Assembly: GCA_031459385.1 (NCBI GenBank)
Contig: JAVKIP010000019.1
Location: 1 to 59,424, forward strand
Direction of reading: 5' to 3'
From: Candidatus Fervidifonticultor secundus
GTDB taxonomy: Bacteria; Sysuimicrobiota; Sysuimicrobiia; Sysuimicrobiales; Humicultoraceae
DNA length: 59,424 nucleotides
Shown: one piece after another, positions 19,606-29,084 of the stretch
Numbering within the stretch: position 1 is the stretch's first letter
Layout of the letters: each line of letters starts with the position of its first letter
Program-made: the position numbers and the translations under genes
Notes under the pieces: generated by a model
What the model was told of the DNA's origin: nothing
What the model saw: only the letters and a program-made list of their open reading frames with translations
The model's database searches: none

Positions 19606-19731
19606 ATGACGCACGCTGACTTGCGGCGCCCGCCCGTGCGGCGGGCGTTTCGTGTTGAGCGCGCCCGCGCCGCCCTGCACGTCACCGACCGCGCCCGTCG
19701 CCGCCGCCCCGTCCACGGAGACCGGGCATGA
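19606..19731 (+). CDS. Putative 41-aa Arg-rich leader/small ORF
   Basis: Strong AAGGAGG RBS then ATG: MTHADLRRPPVRRAFRVERARAALHVTDRARRRRPVHGDRA*; stop overlaps next ATG (ATGA). Confidence 0.45.
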   Translation: MTHADLRRPPVRRAFRVERARAALHVTDRARRRRPVHGDRA

Positions 19732-20909
19732 TCCCGCCGGGACGCGTGGGTGCCTGGGAGCAGGCCGTGGAGCAGATGGTGCGCGCGATGGGCGGGTGGT
19801 TCAACGCCCACACGCACCTCGACCGTGCGAATACTTTCGCCCCGGAGTTCCTCCAGCACGCCAACATCGACCCCATGGGCGCCGCGGGCCTATCACTGCC
19901 GGTCAAGCAGATCCTGGTCGGCGAACTGCACAAGGGGCTGGCGTACCGCCCCGACAGCCTCTACGCGCGGATGCGAACCGAGCTGGAGCGCATGGCGGCC
20001 ACCGGAGTCCGCGAGGTGATCTCGTTCATCGACGCGACCCCGGACATCGGCCTGGTGGCCATCGAGCAGGCCGCGCGCCTGCGCGACGAGTTCCGGGGCC
20101 GGCTCGTCTTCAAGATCGCGGTCTCGCCCATCTTCGGCTTCAAGAACCCCGCCCTCAACCCGGACCGCTGGGAGACGTACCGCCAGGCGGCCGAGGTCGC
20201 CGACGTGCTGGGCGGTCTGCCGGTGAAAGACCGCGCCGAGGGCCGCGTCGGGTTCGACGGCCACGTCCGCATGATTCTCGAACTCGCCCACCGGCTACGC
20301 AAGCCCGTGCACTTCCAGGTGGACCAGGACAACGACCCCCGCGAGGACGAGACCGAGCAGCTTGTGCAGGCGGTTCGCTGGCTCGGGGCGCCGGAGGTGC
20401 CCGACGAGGTGGGCCCCACGGTGTGGGCCGTCCACGCCATCTCGCCGTCTTGCTACGACGAGGAGCGCTTCCAGCGCCTGGTCGAGCACCTGGTGCGGTA
20501 CAACGTGGGCGTTATCTGCTGCCCGACCGCGGCGCTCTCCATGTTCCAGTTGCGGCCGCTGCCCGCGCCCGTGCACAACTCCATCGCCCGCATCCTCGAG
20601 ATGCTGGTGGCGGGCGTGACGGTGCGCATCGGCACTGACAACATCGGCGACATCTTCCTCCCCAACGGCGACGGGAGCGTGCGCAGCGAGGTCTGGGTCG
20701 CCGCCACCGCCCTCCGTTTCTACCACACCATGGTCTGGGCCAAGCTGGGCGCCGGCGTGCCGTTGAACGAGGGCGACAAGGAGTGGATCCGCCAGGCCCT
20801 GCAGCGCGCGCGCGACGCGTGGGCCGCGCTGCAGGCCCACCTGGCGGCCGACCGTCCGCTGCGCGCGGTGCCCGTGCGCGACGGCGGCGTCGTGGCCGCG
20901 GGGCGCTGA
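19728..20909 (+). CDS. Metal-dependent amidohydrolase (cytosine deaminase-like)
   Basis: NAHTHLDRA HxH motif, HFQVDQ, VHAIS, IGTDNIGD. Confidence 0.8.
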   Translation: MIPPGRVGAWEQAVEQMVRAMGGWFNAHTHLDRANTFAPEFLQHANIDPMGAAGLSLPVKQILVGELHKGLAYRPDSLYARMRTELERMAATGVREVISFIDATPDIGLVAIEQAARLRDEFRGRLVFKIAVSPIFGFKNPALNPDRWETYRQAAEVADVLGGLPVKDRAEGRVGFDGHVRMILELAHRLRKPVHFQVDQDNDPREDETEQLVQAVRWLGAPEVPDEVGPTVWAVHAISPSCYDEERFQRLVEHLVRYNVGVICCPTAALSMFQLRPLPAPVHNSIARILEMLVAGVTVRIGTDNIGDIFLPNGDGSVRSEVWVAATALRFYHTMVWAKLGAGVPLNEGDKEWIRQALQRARDAWAALQAHLAADRPLRAVPVRDGGVVAAGR

Positions 20910-20992
20910 GCGCGCCCCGGCGCAGGGCAGGAACGGGGCGCCGCCCGCGCCAATTGAGCCTCGGCGGGCCTGTGGGTCCGCCGGCCGGCCCC

Positions 20993-21475
20993 ATGCCTGA
21001 GGCGATCGCGCGCGCCCGCACGCCCCGCTCCCGGCTCGACTTCGGCCGGGCTGTGGAGACGCTGCGCACCTCGCGGGCGCTCTCCCGCGACGACCTGGCG
21101 CGGATCGCACGCATCTCGCGCTCGTACGTGCAGGACGTCGAGCGGGGCCGCAAGCGCCCCTCGGCGGACATCGTCGCCCGCATCGCCCGGGCGCTCGGGC
21201 TCAGCGTCGCCGCGTTCATGCAGTACGTGGAGGAGATCTCGGCCCCGCCTGCCGACGAGGACCGGCCTGTCGCGGTCCAGCTCCCGCTGCGCCGCGGCCG
21301 CGGCCTGCCGTTGTTCGAGGCCGATGCGCCTGCGCCGGCCGCCGCGCGCGCCGCCCCGCCCCTCGACCGCAACGCGCTGGCCGTAGCCGAGCTGCAGGTG
21401 ATCGTGCGCCGGCTCACCCCCGCCGACCGGAGCATCCTGCTGCAGCTCGCCCGCTACCTGCTCTCCTGCCGGTAG
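20993..21475 (+). CDS. XRE family HTH transcriptional regulator
   Basis: LRTSRALSRDDLARIARISRSYVQDVERGRKRPS...IARALGLS. Confidence 0.85.
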   Translation: MPEAIARARTPRSRLDFGRAVETLRTSRALSRDDLARIARISRSYVQDVERGRKRPSADIVARIARALGLSVAAFMQYVEEISAPPADEDRPVAVQLPLRRGRGLPLFEADAPAPAAARAAPPLDRNALAVAELQVIVRRLTPADRSILLQLARYLLSCR

Positions 21476-21480
21476 CCGGG

Positions 21481-22572
21481 CTACGTGCGTCCCAGGCTGC
21501 GCCAGACGTCCAGCTTCACCCGGAGCCGGCGGATGACGTCGTCCGTGAACTCCGTGGTGGTGGCATCGCCGCCCAGATCCACCGTGCGCACCCCGGCCTG
21601 CACGGCCTCGAAGGTGGCTTCGTAGAGCGCCCGCGAGACCGCTGCGGCGCGGGCGTCGGGCAGATGGGCCAGCAGGGCCGCGCCCGCCAGGATCATCGCC
21701 ATGGGGTTGGCGATGTTGCGCCCGGCCAGCCGCGGCGCCGTGCCGTGCGGCGCTTCGGCCAGCACCACCTGGGCCTGGAGGTGCTCGTCCACGCTGAGCA
21801 CCAGCGACTCGGCGCTGGCGATGCTGCCGAACAGTTGCAGGACGAAATCGCTGAGCACGTCGCCGTCGCGGTTGAGCGCCGGAATCACCAGCCCCTCGCC
21901 GGAGGCCTGCAGCAGCAGCGCGAAGACCGAGTCGATGAGCTGCGGGTCGTACGGCACATCGGGGTGGCGCCGGGCCGCCGCGTCCATCTCCTCTTTGAGC
22001 ATGCCCTCGTAGAGCGGACTGACGGTGTACTTCGGCCCCCCGAAAACCTTGGCCGACAGCTGCCGCGCATGCCGGAAAGCGAACTCCGCCACCGCCCGGC
22101 AGTGCCGCCGCGTGATGCGCGTTGTGCGGTAGGCGACCTCGCCGCCGTCCTCCAGCGCCCGCCACTCCCGGGCATTGTACGCGTCGCCCACCGCCATCCG
22201 GACCACCGCGACGGGGGCCACGACGCCGGTCACCGGGCGCGTCCCGGGAATGCGCCGCCCGGTCCGGAGGATGACCGTGGCATCGATCCACTCGCGTAGC
22301 AGGGCGTTCGGGCTGCCCACGTCGTCGGGCCCCTCGGGAGTGATGGTGGCTGCCTTGAGCCCGAAGCGGTGGCGGCGGAGGGCCTCGGCGGCGTCGCGCA
22401 CCACGGCGTTCCGCGTACGCCGGCGGTGGGCCAGGCTGAGGTCGTATCGCTCGAACACCAGCGGCAGACCCACGACCTCGGGGTCGAGCACCCGGAGGGC
22501 CTCCACCAGCAGCTCCTGGCCGGTCTGGTCTCCTTCGAGCACGACGATCCGCATCGGCGCCGTCCGCGTCAC
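21481..22572 (-). CDS. Isocitrate/isopropylmalate dehydrogenase family protein
   Basis: EGDQTGQE, LKAATITP, SPNALLR, NRDGDVLSD, AEAPHGTAP, NIANPMAMIL, RTVDLGG; GTG start overlaps upstream stop. Confidence 0.88.
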   Translation of the reverse strand: MTRTAPMRIVVLEGDQTGQELLVEALRVLDPEVVGLPLVFERYDLSLAHRRRTRNAVVRDAAEALRRHRFGLKAATITPEGPDDVGSPNALLREWIDATVILRTGRRIPGTRPVTGVVAPVAVVRMAVGDAYNAREWRALEDGGEVAYRTTRITRRHCRAVAEFAFRHARQLSAKVFGGPKYTVSPLYEGMLKEEMDAAARRHPDVPYDPQLIDSVFALLLQASGEGLVIPALNRDGDVLSDFVLQLFGSIASAESLVLSVDEHLQAQVVLAEAPHGTAPRLAGRNIANPMAMILAGAALLAHLPDARAAAVSRALYEATFEAVQAGVRTVDLGGDATTTEFTDDVIRRLRVKLDVWRSLGRT

Positions 22573-23003
22573 GTGACCCAGTCGTTCGCCCGCGGCCGCG
22601 CGACGCCCAGCGCCACGACGCTCAACGCCGACAGCACGCTCTGCGCAGCGCGGTCGCCGAACACCAGGTAGAGGACCAGCCCCAGCACCGCTGGCGTGAC
22701 TGACACGGCGACGCCGGTGATGGTCGGTCCCAGCAGGCGCCGCAGGCGCGCAGCCGGCTCCTCGCGCGGGCCCGGCGCCGCTGCTGCCCGCAGACGCATG
22801 CCCCAGACCACCGCGATGTCCACCACGCCGACCGCGTAGAAGATCAGCGCCAGCCCGGGCATCGGGCGCGCCCGCCCCGGTGGCAGCTCCAGCGGCACCA
22901 GCAGCCACAGCGCCAGCACCACGCCCCATTGGATCCACCAGAGCTTGCGGATGAGCTCGTAGCTCTGGCGCAGATCGACGCCGGGCGTGCGGTCGTGTGG
23001 CAT
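22569..23003 (-). CDS. Hypothetical membrane protein (about 4 TM)
   Basis: Hydrophobic 144-aa ORF translationally coupled to the dehydrogenase. Confidence 0.6.
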   Translation of the reverse strand: MPHDRTPGVDLRQSYELIRKLWWIQWGVVLALWLLVPLELPPGRARPMPGLALIFYAVGVVDIAVVWGMRLRAAAAPGPREEPAARLRRLLGPTITGVAVSVTPAVLGLVLYLVFGDRAAQSVLSALSVVALGVARPRANDWVT

Positions 23004-23158
23004 CGTCGGCGGCTCCCGTTCCCGATCGGCGCGCGTACCGCGCCGCCGCCATCCTACCGCGCTCCGGCGCGCGGCTTCAATGCCTGCAGGGGAGGCTCGA
23101 GAGGGCGCGGAAAAGTTCCCCGATGGCTCCGGCCGTCGCCGTCAAGGAGGAGACCTCG

Positions 23159-24160
23159 ATGCGCCGCGCGTCTACTCCAGGGGTGCTGGCGATCGTGGCC
23201 GTGCTGGCCGTCGCGGGGCTGCCTGGCCGCGCGCAGGCGCCCGCGGCCGCTTCGGGCACGGTGGTCCTCTACACCTCGGTGCCGCAGGAACTCGCCACCG
23301 AGTTCGGCCGCGCGTTCATGCGCGCGTACCCGCAGATCAAGCTGGAGATCCTCCGCTCGGGCAGCACCGAGATCGAGAAGCGGCTCTTCGCCGAGATCGA
23401 GACCGGCGGGATCCGGGCCGACCTGCTGTGGCTCGCAGACGCGCCGATCTTCATCACGCTGCGCGACCGTGGCCACCTGCTGCCGTACCGCTCACCCGAA
23501 GCGCAGCACATCCCGGCTCACCTGCGCGATCCCCGCGACCACTTCGTCGCTGGCCGGCTCATCAACATGATCATGGCCGTGAACACCACCCTCATCCCGA
23601 CCCACGCCGCGCCCCGGCGGTGGGCCGACTTCCCCCGCTACGGCAAGACCGCGGCGATGCCCAACCCGTTCTTCTCCGGGTCGGTCTTCGTCACGATCGC
23701 CACCTTCGTCCGGCAGTACGGCTGGGCGTGGTTCGAGCGCGCCCGCAGGGAGAACATCCAGGTCCTGCGCGGCAACTCCGAGGTGGCGCGGGCGCTGGCC
23801 GGCCGCGAGGTGGGCGTGGGCATGACGCTGGACTTCATCGTCTACGGCTACATCCGGGACGGCGCGCCGCTGGCGATCATCTGGCCTGAGGAAGGCGCGG
23901 TGTCCGTCCCGAGCCCGGTGGCGATTACCCGGGCCAGCCGCAACCCGGAAGCGGCCCGGCGGTTCGTGGACTACGTGCTCAGCGTCGAGGGACAGCGGTT
24001 CCTGGCCACGCAGGGCGTCGTCCCGGTGCGCGCGGACGTCGAGCCGCCGCGGGGTCAGCCCCGGGCGTCGGAGATCAAGGCGCTGCCGATCCCGTTCGAA
24101 TGGGCCGCAGCCAACGCCGCCGAGATCCGCTCGCGGTTCGAAGCGATCATGCTGCGCTAG
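23159..24160 (+). CDS. Fe(III)/polyamine-type ABC substrate-binding protein
   Basis: AAGGAGG RBS; signal peptide; VVLYTSVP, ADLLWLAD, MPNPFFSGS, IWPEEG, ARRFVDYVLS. Confidence 0.88.
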   Translation: MRRASTPGVLAIVAVLAVAGLPGRAQAPAAASGTVVLYTSVPQELATEFGRAFMRAYPQIKLEILRSGSTEIEKRLFAEIETGGIRADLLWLADAPIFITLRDRGHLLPYRSPEAQHIPAHLRDPRDHFVAGRLINMIMAVNTTLIPTHAAPRRWADFPRYGKTAAMPNPFFSGSVFVTIATFVRQYGWAWFERARRENIQVLRGNSEVARALAGREVGVGMTLDFIVYGYIRDGAPLAIIWPEEGAVSVPSPVAITRASRNPEAARRFVDYVLSVEGQRFLATQGVVPVRADVEPPRGQPRASEIKALPIPFEWAAANAAEIRSRFEAIMLR

Positions 24161-24178
24161 CCGCCGTCCCCGCCGGTC

Positions 24179-25876
24179 ATGCCCGAGGTCGTCGTGCTTC
24201 CCACAGCGGAGCCGCAGGCGCTCGCCCGGGTCCACGACAGCCGCAGCGTGGTCCTGGTCGCGGTGGCGATCCTGCTGGTCGCCGTGGTGGTCTGGCCCGT
24301 GGTGCAGCTCGTGTACCGCAGCGTGGTCACCGACGCGGGCATCGGCCTGGCGCACTACCGGCGGGCGCTCACCCAGCCGGGCCAGGTGCGCGCGCTGCTC
24401 AACACGGTGTCAGTCGGCGTTGGTGCCGCGGCTGCCGCTGTGGCGGTGGGGGCGAGCCTGGCCTTCCTGCTGGTCCGGACCGACGTGCCCGGCAGGACGT
24501 GGCTGCGGACGTTGCTGGTGCTCCCGTACGCGATTCCGCCCTTCTTCGGCGCCATGGCCTGGGCACAGCTCCTCGGGCCCGAGGGCTACCTCACCCGGCC
24601 GATCCTGGCGCTGCTGGGCCTGGCCGAGGCGCCCTGGTCGATCTACAGCGCGGGCGGGATCATCTTCGTGATGGCCATCCACTTCTTCCCGTTCGTCTTC
24701 CTGACCACGGCCGGGGCGCTGGAACGCATGGACGCCAGCCTGGAGGAGGCCGCCCGCGCCAGCGGCGCCGGCACCCTGCAGATCATGCGCGACATCACCC
24801 TGCCGCTGGTGCTGCCGGCGGTGGCGGCCGGCGGTGTGCTGGCCTTCATCGGCGCCATCGCCAACTTCGGCATCCCGGCGCTGCTGGGCCTGCGCGCCCG
24901 CTACTACGTTCTCACCACCAGCGTCTACGCCGCGCTCCACCTCCCCGACTTCGCGCTGGCCACCGCCACCTCGATGCTCCTGGTGGGCGTGGCGACGGTC
25001 GCGCTGCTAGCGCAGTGGCGCCTGCAGCGCGGGGAGCAGCGGTTCGCGGTCATCGCGGGCAAGAGCGTGCGCCCCCAGACGCTGCGCCTGGGCCGTCTGC
25101 GCGCCCCGGCGACCGGCCTGACCGTGGCGCTGGCCGTCGTCATCGCGGTCCTCCCACTGACCGCGCTGCTGGTCACGGCGCTGCTGCGGTACTATGGCGC
25201 GCCCCTGACGGCGTCCAGCTTCAGCCTGCGCCACTTCGCCTACGTGGTGACCCAGGAGTCGATTCGGCGGGCGGCCTGGAACAGCACGGTCCTGGCCATG
25301 GGCACCGCCACCATCGCCCTCCTGGCCGCCACGGTGGTCAGCTACGCGCGGCGGGCGGGGCTGCGTGGCGCGGCGGCCCTGGACACGCTGGGCATGCTGC
25401 CCTACGCGCTGCCGCACACGGTGATCGGCATCGCCATGATCCTGGCTTGGACGCGGCCGCCGGTGATGCTCTACGGCACGCTCACCATCCTGCTCGTCGC
25501 GTATCTGGTGGCGTACCTGCCGTACGCTCTACGGACCACCGCCGCCACCCTGGCCCAGGTCCACGGCTCGCTGGAGGAGGCGGCCCGGGTCGCCGGCGCC
25601 GGGCCGTTCCAGGCCGTGCGCGACATCGTGGCCCCGCTGATCCGGCCCGGGCTCGTGGCGGGGTGGATCCTGATCTTCCTGCCGGCCTTCCGGGAACTGA
25701 CGATGTCGATCCTGCTGTTCGGGCTCCGGACCGAGACGATCGGAGTCGTGATCTTCAACCTGCAGGATTCGGGCTACACGCAGATCGCCGCCGCGCTGTC
25801 GGTCCTGGTCCTCGCGGCCATCCTCGCGGGTGGCCTCGCGGTCCGGGCCGCGACGCGCGGCCAGTTGGGCTTCTAG
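24179..25876 (+). CDS. Fe(III)-type ABC permease (FbpB-like, two-domain)
   Basis: Two LEEAAR EAA loops, NFGIPALLG, FRELTMSILL. Confidence 0.9.
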   Translation: MPEVVVLPTAEPQALARVHDSRSVVLVAVAILLVAVVVWPVVQLVYRSVVTDAGIGLAHYRRALTQPGQVRALLNTVSVGVGAAAAAVAVGASLAFLLVRTDVPGRTWLRTLLVLPYAIPPFFGAMAWAQLLGPEGYLTRPILALLGLAEAPWSIYSAGGIIFVMAIHFFPFVFLTTAGALERMDASLEEAARASGAGTLQIMRDITLPLVLPAVAAGGVLAFIGAIANFGIPALLGLRARYYVLTTSVYAALHLPDFALATATSMLLVGVATVALLAQWRLQRGEQRFAVIAGKSVRPQTLRLGRLRAPATGLTVALAVVIAVLPLTALLVTALLRYYGAPLTASSFSLRHFAYVVTQESIRRAAWNSTVLAMGTATIALLAATVVSYARRAGLRGAAALDTLGMLPYALPHTVIGIAMILAWTRPPVMLYGTLTILLVAYLVAYLPYALRTTAATLAQVHGSLEEAARVAGAGPFQAVRDIVAPLIRPGLVAGWILIFLPAFRELTMSILLFGLRTETIGVVIFNLQDSGYTQIAAALSVLVLAAILAGGLAVRAATRGQLGF

Positions 25877-25905
25877 CGCGGGCGACAGGGGGCATGGGAG
25901 GAACG

Positions 25906-26982
25906 ATGGACGCCGTCAGGGTCTCCGATCTCTGGAAGCGGTTCGACGGGGTGGTGGCGGTGCGGGCCGTCTCGTTCGCCATCGGCCCCGAGGAGTTCTT
26001 CACCTTGCTGGGGCCCTCGGGGTGCGGCAAGACCACGACGCTGCGGTGCGTCGCAGGGCTGGAACAGCCGTCGCGGGGCGAGATCGCCATCAACGGCCGG
26101 CTGGTGAGCGGCCCCGACGTCTTCGTGCCGCCCGAGCGCCGGCGCCTGGGCATGGTGTTCCAGAACTACGCAGTCTGGCCCCACATGACGGTCTTCGACA
26201 ACATCGCCTACCCGCTGCGCATCGCGGGCCGGTCGAAGGCCGCCATCGCGAGCCGCGTGGCCGAGATCATGGAGCTGGTGGCCCTGCGGGGGCTGGAGCG
26301 GCGCTACCCGCACCAGCTCTCGGGCGGGCAGCAACAGCGCGTGGCCCTGGGCCGGGCGCTGGCCGGCCAGCCCGACCTCCTGCTGCTGGACGAGCCGCTG
26401 TCGAACCTCGATGCCAAGCTGCGCGAGCAGATGCGCTTCGAGCTCAAGGAGCTGCAGCGCCGGATGAGGATCCCCGTGCTGTACGTGACCCACGATCAGG
26501 CCGAGGCCATGGCCCTCTCCGACCGGCTGGCCGTGATGGCCGAGGGGCGCATCGTGCAGGTGGGACGGCCCGCCGACATCTACCGGCAGCCGGCCACCCG
26601 GTTCGTGGCCGACTTCATCGGGCAGATGAACTTCCTGTCGGCGCAGGTGCACGCCAGCGAGGCGGGCGCCGCACGGGTTATCGTCAACGGCTACGAGTGC
26701 CGCGCCGAGAACCCGGCAGGGCTCTCCGGAGCCGTGACCCTGGCCGTGCGTCCCGAAGACCTCGACCTTGAGGCCGGCGAGGGGCTGGCAGGGCGCGTCG
26801 AGGTGCGGAACTTCCTGGGGAACCTGGTCGAGTTCAAAGTCCGGCTGGCCGGGGGGACGCCGCTGCGGGTTCAGGCCCCGCCGTCGGCGCCGTACGACGA
26901 GGGCGCGGCCGTCACCGTGGGCATCCGCCGGGGCATCGTCTTCGAGGGCGGCCCGGACGCGCCGGGGGAGGGCGGCGCGTGA
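25906..26982 (+). CDS. ABC ATP-binding protein (FbpC/PotA-like)
   Basis: GPSGCGKTT, LSGGQQQRVA, LLLDEPLSNLD, VTHDQ, TOBE-like tail. Confidence 0.93.
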   Translation: MDAVRVSDLWKRFDGVVAVRAVSFAIGPEEFFTLLGPSGCGKTTTLRCVAGLEQPSRGEIAINGRLVSGPDVFVPPERRRLGMVFQNYAVWPHMTVFDNIAYPLRIAGRSKAAIASRVAEIMELVALRGLERRYPHQLSGGQQQRVALGRALAGQPDLLLLDEPLSNLDAKLREQMRFELKELQRRMRIPVLYVTHDQAEAMALSDRLAVMAEGRIVQVGRPADIYRQPATRFVADFIGQMNFLSAQVHASEAGAARVIVNGYECRAENPAGLSGAVTLAVRPEDLDLEAGEGLAGRVEVRNFLGNLVEFKVRLAGGTPLRVQAPPSAPYDEGAAVTVGIRRGIVFEGGPDAPGEGGA

Positions 26983-27791
26983 AGATCGCCGCGTCCACGA
27001 CCACGACGCGCGACCTGCCGCTGGCAGATGCGGTCCGCCTGGCCGGGGATCTCGGCTACGACGCTCTCGAGGTCTGGGCCGAGCACGTCTGGGAGCAGGG
27101 TGTCGACCCGCGCCGGCTGGGCGCCGCTGCCACAGCCCGCGGGCTGGCCCTCTCCGTGCACGGCCCCATCCGCGATCTGAACGTCACGTCGTCCAACCCA
27201 GCGATCCGGGCCGAATCGCAGCGCCAGTACCTGGCCGGGCTGGAGACGGCACGCGAGCTCGGTGCCGCAGTGGTCGTCGTGCACCCCGGCGCCATGTCGT
27301 CGTCGGGCGACGCCCCCGAGGCGTACTGGCCGGCGCTCGAGGAGTTCTTCGGCCGGCTCGCCGACCGTGCCGGCGCGCTGGGCCTGCGGGCCGGCGTAGA
27401 GAACATGGAGCGCCGCCGACTGGAGATCGTCACGACCACCGGCCTCGCGCTCCGGCTGGTCCGCGCCGTGGATCGCCCCGCGCTGGGACTGGCCCTGGAC
27501 GTCGCCCACGTCCTCTACAACCGCGACCCGCTGGACGTGCCGGCGCTCCTCCCGCACATCTGCCACGTGCACCTGTCGGGATCGACGGCAACCGCGGTCC
27601 ACGTGCCCCTGGCCGACGGCGCCTACGATCTGGGCCCCGCGCTGCGTGCGCTGGAGAACACTTACGGCGGCATCGCCGCCATCGAAGACTACGTGCCAGG
27701 CCGGGCGCCGGAAGTGCTGGCCGCGAACCTGGAAGCCATGCGGGCCCTGCGGCGCCGCACCGGAGCGGCGCGATCGGACGCGGCGCGCTGA
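26979..27791 (+). CDS. Sugar phosphate isomerase/epimerase (xylose isomerase-like TIM barrel)
   Basis: GYDALEVW, VHPG, GVENM, LDVAH, HVHLS, AIE metal ligands. Confidence 0.82.
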   Translation: MKIAASTTTTRDLPLADAVRLAGDLGYDALEVWAEHVWEQGVDPRRLGAAATARGLALSVHGPIRDLNVTSSNPAIRAESQRQYLAGLETARELGAAVVVVHPGAMSSSGDAPEAYWPALEEFFGRLADRAGALGLRAGVENMERRRLEIVTTTGLALRLVRAVDRPALGLALDVAHVLYNRDPLDVPALLPHICHVHLSGSTATAVHVPLADGAYDLGPALRALENTYGGIAAIEDYVPGRAPEVLAANLEAMRALRRRTGAARSDAAR

Positions 27792-27855
27792 GCAGGACGT
27801 TGAGGGACCCGCCGGCGCGGCCGGGCCTCCGGCCCCGCCGGTCGGCCGCAAGGCT

Positions 27856-29043
27856 CTAAGCCCGGACCGTCGGCCGGTAGCGCGGCAGCGCTTCGCGCAG
27901 GCGGCGCATCCCCTCGCGAATGTTCTCCCGGCTGGTGGCGTAGGAGAACCGCAGGAAGCCCTCCCCGCCCGACCCGAACGACGTGCCCGCCAGGCAGGCG
28001 ACCCCGGCTTCCTCGAGCAGGAAGTCCGCCAGGCGCTTCGAGTCGGCGGCGATGGCCGAGACGTTGGGGAAGGCGTAGAAGGCCCCACCCGGCATGCGGC
28101 AGCGCACGCCCTCGAGGCTGTTGAGCGCGTCGACGATGAGCTGGCGCCGGGCCCGAAACTCGGCGATCATGGCCTCCACGGCGTCCTGCGGACCCTGCAG
28201 GGCTGCGATCGCGGCCATCTGGGAGAACGCCGCCGCGCAGGAGCTGGAGTTGATGAGGAGCTGAGCCATCCGCTCCACCAGCTCCGGGCGCATCACGCCG
28301 AACCCGACCCGCCACCCGGTCATGGCGTAGGTCTTGGAGAGCCCGTCCAGGATGATCGTGCGGTCCTGCATGCCCGGCAGCGACGCGATGCTGAACGCCC
28401 GGCCGTCGTAGGCGATGCGTCCGTAGATCTCGTCGGACAGCACCACCGCCCGGGTAGGCAGCACCGCCTCGGCCACCGCCTCCAGCGTCCGGCGGTCCAG
28501 CAGCGACCCGCACGGGTTGTGAGGCGAGTTCAGGACCACCATGCGCGTCCGGGGCGACAGCAGCGCCCGGAACTCGTCCAGGTCGAACGCGAAGTCGCGC
28601 TCCTCGCGGAGGCGGACGGGCCGCAGAGTGGCGCCCACGAACCGCGCCACCGACTCGTAGATCGGGTAGCCGGGGTCGGGGTAGATCACCTCGTCGCCCG
28701 GGTCCACGAGCGCCAGCATGGCGAACAGGAGCACGTTCTTGGAACCCGGCGTGACGACCACCTGCTCGGGCCGCACCGGAATCCCCCGCGTGCGCGCCAC
28801 GTAGTCGGCGATCGCTGCCCGCACCTCCCAGATGCCGGGGGCCGGCGTGTAGTGCGTGTACCCGTCGCGTAGAGCCTTGATCGCGGCCTCGACGATGTGC
28901 GGCGGGGTGTCGAAATCGGGTTCACCGATCTCCAGGTGGATGATCTGCCGGCCCTGGGCCTCCAGGCGCTTGGCGCGGGCCAGGACCTCGAAGGCGGTCT
29001 CCGTGCCCAGCGTGTTCATGCGTGCCGCCCACTCCAGTTCCAC
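27856..29043 (-). CDS. Class I/II PLP aminotransferase (aspartate aminotransferase-like)
   Basis: LEIGEPDF, NSPHNPCG, SDEIY, DGLSKTYAMTGWRVG, GAFYAFP; GTG start after GGAGGG. Confidence 0.92.
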   Translation of the reverse strand: MELEWAARMNTLGTETAFEVLARAKRLEAQGRQIIHLEIGEPDFDTPPHIVEAAIKALRDGYTHYTPAPGIWEVRAAIADYVARTRGIPVRPEQVVVTPGSKNVLLFAMLALVDPGDEVIYPDPGYPIYESVARFVGATLRPVRLREERDFAFDLDEFRALLSPRTRMVVLNSPHNPCGSLLDRRTLEAVAEAVLPTRAVVLSDEIYGRIAYDGRAFSIASLPGMQDRTIILDGLSKTYAMTGWRVGFGVMRPELVERMAQLLINSSSCAAAFSQMAAIAALQGPQDAVEAMIAEFRARRQLIVDALNSLEGVRCRMPGGAFYAFPNVSAIAADSKRLADFLLEEAGVACLAGTSFGSGGEGFLRFSYATSRENIREGMRRLREALPRYRPTVRA

Positions 29044-29084
29044 AGCATCCCCTCCCTGGCGCGGCCGTTCCGGCCGGGTCCGGC

